Origin: the human T2T-CHM13v2.0 reference genome, Homo sapiens | Reading direction: 5' to 3' (one strand) | Assembly (NCBI RefSeq): GCF_009914755.1 | Contig: NC_060936.1 | Length of the DNA: 64,000 nucleotides | Part shown: piece by piece, positions 43,553 to 58,009 of the stretch | How positions within the stretch are numbered: the stretch's first letter is position 1 | How the letters are laid out: each line of letters begins with the position of its first letter | Notes under the pieces: model-generated | The model's database searches: none | What the model was told of the DNA's origin: nothing | Seen by the model: the letters and a program-made list of their open reading frames with translations, nothing else | Program-made: the position numbers and the translations under genes

Positions 43553-43770
43553 AGGCCGCATGCAGTAACTCACGCCTATAAAACTAGCACTTTGGGAGGC
43601 TGAGGTGGGAGGATCACTTGAGCCCAGGAGTTTGAGACCAGCCTGGACACCATAGTAAGTAAGTCCTCATCTCAAAAAAAAAAAACAAAATTGCTGGGCA
43701 TGTTGGCATGCACCTATAATCCCAGCTACTTGGGAGGCTAAAGTGGGAGGATCACTTGAGCCTGGGAAGC
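43553..43770 (+). mobile_element. AluJ-like, 3'-truncated
   Basis: GCACTTTGGGAGGCTGAGGTGGGAGGATCACTTGAGCCCAGGAGTTTGAGACC and a partial right arm. Confidence 0.88.
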
Positions 43771-43789
43771 TAAGCATTTTGAGCATTTG

Positions 43790-44005
43790 CTTTAGAATCA
43801 TGCCATCTCGAATTTAATTCTTGCCTCTGACACTTAGAGCCCTGTGACCTGGGGAAAATGCTTCAAAACTCCTGAGGCTCAGGCTCTTTCTCTGCAATGG
43901 GACTTATCCTAGGTTGACTAGGAATTAAATGAGACGATTTCTGCAAAGCACTCAGCAGAGTGCTTGGCACATGGGGACTGCTCAGTATATGTGACCTCTT
44001 ATTGT
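43790..44005 (+). mobile_element. MIR
   Basis: CTGTGACCTGGGGAAAATGCTT...AGGAATTAAATGAGA...AAAGCACTCAGCAGAGTGCTTGGCACAT. Confidence 0.8.
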
Positions 44006-44109
44006 AATGATGAGGTATGAGGTGGCTGTCTAGTCTATTTTTTAGCAGTTTTAATTGGCACTACCTAGACACTTTCTTGCATTATTAGAATATGTATGAA
44101 CAATTTTCA

Positions 44110-44247
<138 letters not shown>

Positions 44248-47200
44248 TCAGTCTAGGAATTAAAATTATTTGAAGACTTTCTTTTTTTGGGCCACATATA
44301 TAATACATTAACTCCTGGAAAGGATGCAATGTTGATATATTCACCTTTTTACGTTCAGCACATTAACCTGAAGTCATTAAGGGGATGATCAGCACGATTT
44401 TTGAAGGAACTCTGATTCTCATAGACCCCTATAAAGTCTTGGCGTTTGGGTTTGGTATGCCTAAGGGATATATGCCGGGATCCTTGGAGACAACCTTCCC
44501 AAATTACAAAATGTGCACAGAAATTTCATGGAAGCAACCTGTTTTACATTTGGAATGTCTGCTTTATTTTTGGCCAGACAGTAGAAGTATAGGAGTGGCG
44601 TGAAGCCCAGAGAAAGTCTTCCAATAGTCAGGTGACCAAATAATAGAAACATAATTCACAGTAGTGCCCTCTGGTTGCCATCTTCCCAAATGCCATCTGC
44701 ATTCCTCATGCAAGGGTAATGAAGACGTTTAAATATTCATTGCTAATTGCTTGTCAAGTCTCTGTACATCCAATGTGAGTGCCTGCTACTTGGACCACAA
44801 TTTGATTTGGATTGCTAAGCCAAAATATTGAGTTGGCGAATTATTTGAGATACAAATATACCAAAATTAGATCTACAGAGACATCAAGTTGTTTAAGCAT
44901 GCAGTGCACGATTCACATTCATGGAGAACATAGCATTTCAAAATAAATTATTTTTAAGAAAAATATAATGCTTAATCTAAACCATATGAGACATTACTGT
45001 CAAATTAAGAAACTGGGTGACTTTAGGAACAGAAAAAGCATATAATGAAACTTGATAACTTTCTCGTGAACTCTCCAGCACTGCTCTGAGGATGATGTAG
45101 TACCAAACAGCACCAAAACAGTTTTAAGAAATGCATCCATTGGATCTCATAACATTATCTCAAGTTTCTTTATAATTATTCACCTCATTTTCTGAGGAAC
45201 ATAGTCATGAATCATACTAGTGAACGACATACACTGCAGAACTGCTATTGACACAATAAAATGTTCACAGAAAGTAATCAATGATGTAAGATAATTGTAT
45301 TACAGGTAAAGGGCCCAACTAATGTTCCCACCAAGAACTAATGAGATATTGAAATTCTTAACACAGTACATGCTTTATCTCAATGAAGTCTCTGACAATG
45401 TGACAACTGTACATACTAAATTAAAAAATCTCTTAAGTCAGTGGCCTTGGAACTCCTGTACTCTATTCATCAAATTATGTACATTATTTAATAGAAAACT
45501 ATTTTTAAATTGTCAATCAGTATAAAATACAGTAGAGAAACTGGAGACAAAATAGTTTATATTAACTTTAGTTCTATAGAATTAAATAGTATTAAAGTTG
45601 AAATAAGTTACGCATTTAAAACTGTAGAATCTGACTCGATTTGTTTTGTGTGTGAAGTTGTTGTTTTCAGCTGCTTTATATGTTTTGGATGTCTTTTGCT
45701 GAGAGAGTCGGCTGTATATATTCAGCTGAGCTCAGGAGCATCAAGGACACCAGCTTAACAGACTTTCTTTACAGTAAATGTAGCTGTTAAAACAAAAGAC
45801 AGTTACATTTGAAAACACACGCACACATACACACATTCCATCAACATGATCTGATAGTCCTCGGGTCAATGAAGACTTTACTGTACTCTCTTTGAGGAAT
45901 GTACGGGGCTTGGATCACCTCTTAGCTTTTGATTTAACAGTATAGGGCAATAATACTACACATTTTCTAGAGAGTTTTCCATTCTGAAGCAAAGTCTTTC
46001 AAGAAGAAAAAGCAAAATTAATCAAAGTAGAAAAAGAACGACACGTTAAGTGACTTCCAAGGTTCTGAGTTCAGCTCTACAGATGCTGTGCTGTCTTACC
46101 AAGAGACTAAAATTAACAAATATGAGCAGGAAAGTCACACTCAGTTTTTACAATAAGTAACCTATAATTATCCACCACTAATGCACCCAATATTAATAAA
46201 ATGATTCAGTTAGCTACCCAAAAGTAAAACTTACTATGCTTCTCAAGAGGACGTCAGTGGGACATAGTGGAAGTCAACACAGTAAGCTGTACTTTCTCGT
46301 AACCCTTTGTATAGTAATTTAAGCTAACAGACATGAGAACAGGCAAAAGGAAAGGTGATTGCAGGAAATGGAGAATGTGAGGTATGCCTTTAATTAAAAC
46401 AGATTATAACAGCATGCAAATCAAAAGGATAACGTTGCCACATTTTTTTTAAAAAAAGTGTGGACAATAAATTCAGAAGAAAAAGAAACTGATGTGAGGA
46501 GACAATAACTTAAGTAAAAAATAATTGTCCTATAATTCCATATGACAACTGATCCTATAAAGCTGACACATAGTACTTATGTATAAAAGTAGATATAAAT
46601 TTATATGTGGTTAGGTGTCTAGGTAATATATTGAACCACCAAAAGAATGAATGGGATTTAAGAATAGTTCTCAAAAGTTTAAATTCAATTGAATGGCATA
46701 TAGGAGGGGAAAGACTCAGCCAAATGTTATAAAGCAGAAGTGCTGACACACTAGAAAAATCTCTCCTACTCTATCCTTTTAATCCCACCTGTCTCCAGCC
46801 ATCCCCTCTCTGAAAGAGTTCACCTATGCACTATCATGTATAAAGCTCAACCATTTGAGGTTCTGTTCTGTGGGTTAAATATTTCCTTTTCTAAAAGTGT
46901 TTTTTCATAAGAGCAAATACTACTGGAAAAGGTAATATTTTGATTCTCAAATTTCTTATAAATAAATTACTCTTTTCTAAATAGAGGCAGATGGAACAAA
47001 ACAAGGACAGTAGATTTCAGGTAAGCAGAGGGTTAAGTGGGAAGATGTTGAAAATGGGAAACACCAAAGAAACTGATTTTGGGGAAACAAATAAATGTTG
47101 ATGGGCACAAGTGACAATTTTTTACCGATCTTATAATCTGATAAAAATCATGTTGGTGATATAGATCTTATAATCTGATAAAAATCACGGCTCTGATAAA

Positions 47201-49789
47201 AATCATGTTACTCAAGAGTTTCTGCAGAAAAATAGCATCCCATTCCCCCATTTAAAGGTCACCATTCTGGAACACAAATCCAGCACAGCACTTAGGAATG
47301 CTGATATGAAAATGACAAGATTGATTGGTCTTCTCTCCTTTACCTTCTTTTTACATTTTTATACATTTAAAGGAATACTCGCCAGAATTCTAAATGCGCT
47401 GAATGATGTCAGAATAGAGGGCAAAAAGAGATTAATTACAACAAAGTAGTCAACATGTAAAAGTCCTGGGGTATGGGCCAAACAAGATGACCTGTATGCT
47501 TTCTCTCTTGAATAAAAACTAGCAATGGGATAACAACTAGATTCCTTTGCAAAGATGAGTCTTATCTGCCTAATCACATCTTTACAACTCTGCAGGTTTG
47601 CTGAGATCAAGGAGAAACATTAGGTTAAGTCTGTTTAAAAACAGACTTGAAAAAATCTTCTGATTTTATGTTGACTTGAAACAAGATCGAAGTGAATTGT
47701 ATCTCATCGACAGAAGACAGTTGTAGACCACATGGTTTCCTGGGTGCAAATGAGTAACTCCAAAATCTGACATACAGAAAACTATTATTAACGTATTAGT
47801 ATTCACTTGGGGAACTTGGTAGCTGGTCTTGTGCTCTGTGACTTATCCAGAGACTTGCATAATGCAAAACAGCATGTGTACTGTTTGCACATAATCCCAG
47901 GCTATGGTGGGAATCTAAAAGGGGAGCCAAGAAATAGCTAAAGAGATATGGACACTTTGTTGATTGGAGGTGGTCAGTATCAATTCATACTTCTAAGCCA
48001 AAAACCATTCTGAATGGCGAAAGGCCACAGGGATTCATGGGAAGAGGACACTTTTGAGGTTAGAAAATAATGAGTTTTGGCATCAGGAATATCATATTTT
48101 AATCAAACTCTCTGCCGTATATATTAGCCATACTGCTTTAGACAAATATGTTATCCTCCTCGAGTCCCAGAATCCTAATTTGTAAAATGATAGTTAAACA
48201 TGTGTTAGATTCTCATTAGTTTGAAAATTTTAAGATAGATATACTTTTAATATTATTTTTAAAATGTCAGTGGGGAAAATTGAAAAGACAGGGAATCTAA
48301 CATGTGAGAATTACAGAAATAGTTAAATTTCAGTATTAAGTAGCCTGTTATGATTATAAACTCTATTCTGTATAACCAAATATGCACTAAAAAAGGGAAT
48401 TTTAGTAACAACTCTAAATATTCTCAGAAATTTCCCCTCTTTGTCTATCATTTACAATATATTCAATCATTGTTTTTTATTTCAATTTCATACTCAGGCA
48501 TGATGAGTTACAGTTCCAGACTGTAAGTCTAGTACATATTTAAACTGAAAAATTTTCCCTGCTCCATTATTTTGACTTAAAAAAAATAAAAAACAACTGA
48601 AAATTCACTATTTTTGCAAAGGTTCTAATAGGCATCCTATGTTGATATTTTACAGAGCAGTCAAAACAAAAGAACACACAAACTGTACTTTAGAGGTAGA
48701 TATTTCCTTAGTTACCTAATCCTAAATTAAACAGTGCGTGAGTAGATAAGTCATCTATTACTCCCTGAAACTGGGATTCAGCTAAGTGATGAGCTTCGCT
48801 CTCCACCAGACACACATACACAAAGAGATAGGCTATGGATCAGCTATCATAATGGACATCCCTGAAATAAAGCTCACAAAGCTATAAAAGTCATAAAAAG
48901 CACATGCATGAAATGACAGAATAGAGTGTGACTGTCAAATGTTGACTCAGTAACAGTTAAACCTCTTCTGGCTGCACTTCTTTATGGTCTTCTACTATAT
49001 TAACGACACGGGAAGAAAGAAACAAAAAACCCTCCAATTATGTGAACCTCACAGACCACCAAAGAAGATGAAAGATTACTTATAATGTCATAACGATTTA
49101 TCAGTTGGAGATTTTTTTCATCAGCTTAAGTGTAAAGAAATAAGGCGCATGTCCACTCTTTAACCTCTCGTTTCACTCTTGCTTATTAATATCTCAATTT
49201 TTTTAGAAAATAATCATCTACCCACATAATATAACACCGAAAATGGGAGAAAAGGGTTTCTTGTAAGTTATGTATAAATGATATATAAACTATATGTGTG
49301 TGCACACACATACACACTCACACAAATACACACTTTCCTCTAACTCTAACAAAAGTACATGTTGAAGAGATCTGTCACTAATTTTACCTCCATCAAGTAT
49401 GAATTTATCCGTGAGAATAGCCATAGACCCTTTGGTATTCTGGAATTTAATAATCCTTGAAGAAAATTTTTCTATTCATTTTCTCCATTGAGAATTATAG
49501 TGAGATATGAACTCAGGGGATGGAAAGGTCCATATACATCCTCTGGTCTAGGTATCCACAAAATCTGCCTTATCTAATACTGATTTTTTTTTTTCCCTTT
49601 CTGAATTCCCTCATGAATTGAAACCCATAATTTTGTTCCAGAATCTAATTTCCTTTTGTAAAATTTGGTAGCTTGCTTCATGAAAAGTTGCTTGTATAAT
49701 TCTGACTCAACTTCTTAGTAGGTTAGTTTCATCAGGCAATCTGATCAAGTGAAATGTATTAACAGATCAAGTTTTCTTAAGAAGTACTA

Positions 49790-50690
49790 CAAAGTCGAAG
49801 ATGGTTCAGAAACACACAGTGTAGAAATTTGAGAGTTTTGGTCCAGGTGAATAACTTTTCAATATATGAAAATGACTTGATAATACTGATGAATCCTTAT
49901 TAATGATTTTCAAAGAAGTGATTTTAAAATGGGAGGGATATTTCAAAACTGATGACAAATATCTAATTTTGATTTTTATGAAGAGAGAAATTTGAGGAAA
50001 TATGACTTTAGCACTTAATGTATACTCCAGAAAAGATGGGGCTACCTATAAAGATTAGTTCAGAGCACTTGGTAGAGGTTGTGGTAATGACAGGAAGCTG
50101 GTATGGATTCACTAAACTAATGTTATAATGGCCTCATTTTCTTTTTTAATAGGTGTTGGAATGCAGACCGGGGAAACTCAATGATAATAATTGCTTGGAC
50201 TTAACTTAGTTTAACTCAGTTTTTGAGCATCCTCCTATCCATTAAACCTTGTTGTCATAATGAAGAAATTACACAGGATCCTGAAAAAAAAAGGTTTGAG
50301 TAGAGTAGGAAGAAAAAATCAACAATCATTGTCTTTACATAAAATATCTTAAGAACCTCCATGTTTAAAAAGAATAAACAGCTGTTATTTGTGAAACAGA
50401 GATAGAGTTTGGCCATATGTAGTCAGGAGATAGAACACTGATCAAAGATTGTAAGTTATCAGGTGAAAGATAATGAACCAGTGAAGGAAGAGTGATCTAA
50501 TAGTCAGAGCTGCCTATCCATTGAATGGGCTGTCTCAGGATGGAAGAAGTTTCCACCTTCCTAGAGATTTTCAAGTGGTGGACATACGACTACCTGCCTA
50601 GCATATTACAGATACTGAAGAAGCAATTCAAGGTTGAATGATAGGCCCTTTTCATTTTCTTTCAAACCTTCAATTCTATGATTTTATGTC
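49790..50690 (+). mobile_element. CR1/L3 LINE relic
   Basis: Degenerate ORF2-like phrases (GTATGGATTCACTAAA..., CTCATTTTCTTTTTTAATAGG) and a terminal AATTCTATGATTTTATG resembling the CR1 (ATTCTATG)n tail. Confidence 0.55.
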
Positions 50691-53600
50691 CTACTTGACT
50701 GAACTCAATATAACAAAACTATTTTGACACATATCTCACAGAAAACAGGCTTTGATTCTTTTTAAACCTGGAGATGTGCAAGATATTTAAAGACAACTAT
50801 CGCTGATATTTTCTTTCCACTCCACTGAAGTCTCTTTTTCAGGTTCTTGTGTAATTTGTCATATTTTTATACTTTCTCTATTCATAAAAGATAATTTTCT
50901 CAAAAATCATTAATAAGTTTCAACACTTAAAGCTATGGTTTTGTAATCAATAATTCCATAATTCTTTTCTTAAATTCAAGGAAGACATTTCAAATTATGA
51001 AAAAAACAAAAATCTGATTGCTTTTCAGACATATTTTGTGAAGAGACTGTCCAACAGTAATTACACTTACAAATTCAGGTACTTTGTTAAAGACACACTT
51101 ACACGTCCCCATTCAACATTATGAATTTAGTCCTTAAAATAGAAAACCGCTGCCACAGGGAGGAAAAAAATCCCTATGGCCCGGATGTGTAATGTACAGA
51201 AAAGCTACTCAAAAGAATGTATAGAAAACAAACAATTCACCAAGAACTTTACACAGGAATACTATCACAGTAAAATATGGGCCCTTGCTTCTTTGTTATC
51301 ATGGTGCTTATGGTGTGTACATGTGGAAGAAGGGAGGCAGGAGGGGAAAAAAACAAAACCTGGGATTTTAAATGTCTTTATATATGGTCAGGCTTCAGCC
51401 AATATCTAAAGAAAAGGTTGTGTTTCTTCCAAACCGTGGCAGACAGACATGTTATACATACTGAGTCAAATCAGAAGGGTTAATGTGAGAAAATCAGGAG
51501 GCCAACTAAGAAAAATAATACAATTTGCAACCTACACAGGATGTCCAGTTGGTGGGAGGGCTACACAAATGTAAACACAAAAGTGGAATGTTGTCTGATG
51601 ATAATTATTCTATAAACAATGGGTAACTCAGTTACTGAGCTACAGAAACATATAGGATTACTTTCTTCAAATTTTCCTGTTCATGGAATAAAAGCTATAA
51701 AACTGGCAGGATTCTTACAAATGTAGCCTCAGTAGCCAGTAGTTACTTCAGTTAAATAAATATAATCTGACCATTTTAAAGAGTCATGGCTTGGTTCAGA
51801 AATGCTGGGTCTGACAATAGAAACAGGCACATCAGGGTTATAGTTCTCTTTTCAACTATCCATGGTAGTTTTAAATACAGAGAGAGAAAAATATATATTA
51901 GAATAGATATTTTAAATCTCCTTATAATGAATAGCTGAAACTTCGTCACTTGTTTTATCAGAGCTGCTAGGAGAAACAAAGTAACTAGGATTGAGTATAT
52001 TGTTTTTGCTTTCTTGGTTCTTTCTCCAGTGATGGGGTTTGGTGCGCAGTGAAGACAGGAAGAACGAAGGAAGGAGCAAATACAGGAAAAATAAAGAATT
52101 GGAAAACAGATGTACAGATTGTGGAGATGGTGATTGCTTAAACAAAATTTTTTTGATCAAGTCTCAAAAATGTGCCAAGGGCTACACATGACCAATGCTG
52201 GGGCACAGGCGAATTGAACAGGAACTGCGTTACTTTCTGGAATTCCCTCTCCATATTCCGTTAGAAAAGAGACTGGGCTTTGAGCTGTAAGACTTCAATT
52301 TAAAGACTGATCTGCCACTTGAATTCCTCTATTCTTCTCAAATCTCAAGTTAAAAAATTGTTTTAAACAAAGAATACTGTTCTATTTACATTACAGAGTG
52401 AGAACAAAATATGATGGGAAAGCCATGAGAAAATGTTAAGGTACAAAATAAATATCAATAGCTGTTATACTCCTATGACATAGGCATAAGCAAGTCTTTT
52501 TTATTGGTAAAAGAGGAGAAGAGATGTGATTGGAAAGATTCAATGAGACCCTTTAAATAAATGCGACATTCCTCCTATTTTCCTAATAATAGTTTTAAAT
52601 CCATATTGGTAAAATAGCTTGCAATAAACATAATAAAGAATCTATCTACTAAATATAGAGAGTAACTGCAAAACAAACTTCTCCTTTATTATTTCAGTGT
52701 CTTCATTGTAAGTAAGTGTCTTGAGGGCAGCTGTTTGATCTTGAGGAGAAGAAGGAAAGAATCAAGGGGGAAAAGAAAGACCACTCTTTGATAGGCTAGG
52801 CTTTTATAAAGAGCAGTTCTGGCCCAACAACAAAAGTGAGTCTTACTTTACTTATTGAAAATTAGAAAATTCAGAAATGTGGAAATACATTTGAAAATTT
52901 ACAACCCCATAACCTTGGCATAACTAAACTATTGTTGCCATTTTGTTGTATATTCTTTTAGTCTTTTATCTATGCATTATGGAAATAATATACTTAAAAA
53001 AATCAACATCATTCTATACATGGTGTTTTCAAACTTATCTTTTCAGAAGTACTATTGTGAGCATATCCTCGAATCCCTAAACAAATAGACAGTTTCAATC
53101 ATCAGAGAGGCCTGTGGGTGTCTCTCTGAATGCCCAATTTGGCATGCCCTATGAGTCTCATTTTATTGGACCATCCTACACTAACCCCTCTACCAGAATG
53201 ATGTAAAGAACACAAGACTCTCTGTTTGAAAACATGCACAGCTTTTCTAGGCTAGAAAATTAAACCATAAAAAGTTTACTGGAAAAAAAAAAAACCTTTA
53301 AAAAGCTCCTTAAAAACTCACACCATAATTGCTCCCCACCAAGCGTGGGCACTTGCTAGCTGCAAGTAGTGGCACTGTGACAAATGTAGCAAAACTGAAA
53401 GCAGGCTATACTAAGAGAAAGAAAAAGTCTTCCACTGGCCATCTGTGAAAATAAGGCATGTGGCCATTAAATGCAGAGGCTGTAAATATACACAAACTCC
53501 ATGAAGCAAATGGCAAAAAAGGACTAAACTTCAAGCTCAAACAAATCAAAATGTTTAATGCATAGTTACCACTGCTGGACGAAAACAGCTCTGATCTTTG

Positions 53601-55492
53601 CAGTCTGCAGACTCGGCATGTATTTCAATTAAATACCCCCAAAAAGAAAAGAAATAAAGAGAAAGAAATGAAAAGACACAGAAGAAAACCATCTAGAACA
53701 AAAGGCTATAGACAGCCTATACTCAATTTCTAAAAACAAACAGCCCCTTTAACTTGCATCAGCCTGTCGAGAATGTCGATTGGAATTATTGAAAGGCTGA
53801 CATACAGAGTGATGGATGGTGATGACATAATACCTATTTGCCTTTTTGTCATGGTCTTTGAAAACTGGCTGCTCTGTGCTGATAATATTCACTAAGGGGT
53901 TTTCCTCTCCCCTCCTGTCCCATAAGAAGTGTTCCCTAGCTAAGATACTCAGAATTAAGAAGGTTTTATGAATGAAAAAACAAAAGAAAAGAAAACCTAA
54001 GGATCAAATGCCAACTTGCACATAAAAAGCTGGTCTAGATTTTCTAATAATCAGTTGCCTAGAAAGCCGTTTCCCTTTCATTTTATATAAATTTGCAGGG
54101 TAGAGAGACTCTGATAATAAGAAGGCAAATATTCAACTTCAGGTTTTGTGTATCTTTTAATTAAAGTCACCAAATAAATAATTACATGTAAATGTAGAGA
54201 TTAAAAAATAATATACGCTCACTTTAAAACGAGAAAATATTAATCACTTGTGTTATTTTAATTTGTTCTTAGGCAAATTCTAACCAGAGGATTTAAAACA
54301 TTGGGAACATTTTTTAAAAACACACACACCCCTAGTAAAATCTGCTTTACCACACTGTTGCAAAGGTCTATCTTATTTTCCTCCAGAAGGATTTACCTAA
54401 CATGCCTACTTCCTTTATACAATTTTTCTCTAGCTATTGAAATATCTATTTCTAATTTGACTTTTATAATTCACTTTAGCTAAAGGCAACATTTATAAAA
54501 CCCATCCGTAAATCATTAATGGAAGCAACTTCCACCGACTGGAGAGGCATGAGTTCCTTCATATTCACTTTTTTAAAGCAAAACCTGTAATTCACAATTC
54601 CTCACAGCCCTTCTCCTTATCTAAGGGAAGGAGCATGTGTTAGATAATGCTGAACTACATACACTGTGTCAGTTTCCGAAGAGTTAACACTGCTGGCCCC
54701 ATCCATCAGATGGCCAGCGAAGCATCAGGAAAGAATGATGGATGTAAAATTATTACAGGGCTGCCATCCGATACACTTACTGCCATTTGTAACTAATGCT
54801 GGGAATGACACACTTTTTTTTATTATTAAACATCCACATTAAGTCAACATTGGTCACTGTCATTTCATGTTTGGCACTCTGTTAAAGGGAAAGAAAAGGG
54901 TTGGACAATGGCAGGAAAGAGGTGGTTGTAATGGACGAGTTTCCAAGTGCCAGACAAACAAAACTAACCTTTACTTACAATCAGCCTATATAGTCTGTGG
55001 TAAGGCTTCTTATGAATATGACTCAGAAAGGGTCAAAAATGAAACTACTGTCATTATTGAGTAAATTCTTAATTAAAATATACATGTTATTTACCAAATT
55101 TCCATCTTATTTGACAGAAAATTACAAAGAATTTTCACTAAAGCTCAGCAGAAAAAGGAAGACATTTTTCCAGCTATGATTTATAATGACAGATGAATTC
55201 ATAGCATGCATTATATGTTTATATTCCAGGTACACTGTAGGCAATTAATGTTCAGTGAATAAATTCTCTGCCTTAAGAGATATATGCACACATATGCATG
55301 CTTATTTTTGTGAGTGACATCTGTTTTACATAAGAAAAGAAATACAGAAGTTGGTCTTAACATGTATACGGTGTGTATGTGAATATACGTTTATAGATTT
55401 AACCTGTTATCAAGCAACGTCTTCTTGTGCACATGCTTCTGTGTCATTCAATTCTTTGTGAACCCCAGACAAGGTATAAGAACCTGGACATG

Positions 55493-56776
<1,284 letters not shown>

Positions 56777-57709
56777 GTAAAGGCACAGTCTTCCCAGGTT
56801 AAGTATATATGGAGTGAGTGACACAAACGGAAAAGCTTCTGGTCTGTTTCTCATTTCGGCTGAGTGCACTGGGCCTCTATTGTATTAAGACTGTCTGGTG
56901 GGATCAGGACAACAAAAACTGAGCTTTTTATAATCTCTTATTAATATGGATACTTTCAAACACAAGCTCAAGAATCTGTACTTGACTCTATGAACAAAGT
57001 TGTGCCATCTGGGTGGTAATGAAGCAAAGTGTGTTTTTTACAAAACAAAATATGAGAGGCTTCTTTCTGTTCCTTCATACCTGAGAAGCTCACTTTTTCA
57101 CCCACAACACTAATCTGTGACAAAGCTGTGTGGCAAAAGATAACATTATTTGAATATACAATCAGTCTACAATTAACCAGAGATGACAATTATAAATAAC
57201 ACTGTGTCCCAGAGTTTCCAAGAAACCTGACACATACAGTTCTTGGGTATGATGAAACACTTCCAGGAAAAGTAAAGAAGTTAAAAAAAAATCTCTTAGA
57301 AGTCTTCCATTAAAATGTGTTTCGGTAAAAATGACTTTCATGATGTGTTTTGGTACATATCACTGAGAAATCATCAGTCCCTATCTTCACACCTCTAATT
57401 GTTTTCACTGTCCAATTACAGCTTTTCAGAATTAAGACCTTCTAGCTGGGATAACCACGTGGCTGGCTATTTGAGATATGAAGAAAAGTTAATGTGTATA
57501 AGGCTGTGTACCCAAGAAAACAGATCTCCACCACAAGATTTCAATCATCTGGAGCTCAGGTCATGATATCTTTTATGTTGATGTAAAGCACCCGGCTGAA
57601 CTTCTTTTCTTTTTTTCCTTTCTCCCAGTTCCTTTCCCTCTTTCTTTCTGCTTTATCTCTCTCACTCCTTACCTTACACATATTTTCTGGGTTTGGGGAA
57701 TTAGGAGTG

Positions 57710-58009
57710 TTATTATTATTATTATTTGAGATGGAGTCTTGCCCTGTCGCCCAGGCTGGAGTACAATGGCGTGATCTCGGCTCACTGCAACCTCCGCCTC
57801 CAGGTTCAAGCTATTCTCCTGCCTCAGCCTCCTGAGTAGCTGGGATTACAGGCGTGCACCACCACACCCGGGTAATTTTTTGTATCTTTAGTAGAGACAA
57901 GGTTTCACCACGTTGGCCAGGCTGGTCTCGAGCTCCTGACCTCGTGATCCCCCCGCCTCGGCCTCCCAAAGTGCTGGGATTACAGGCGTTTGAGTCACCG
58001 TGCCTGGCC
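57710..58009 (-). mobile_element. Alu (AluS)
   Basis: Full dimer with (TTA)n tail on the plus strand. Confidence 0.95.
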
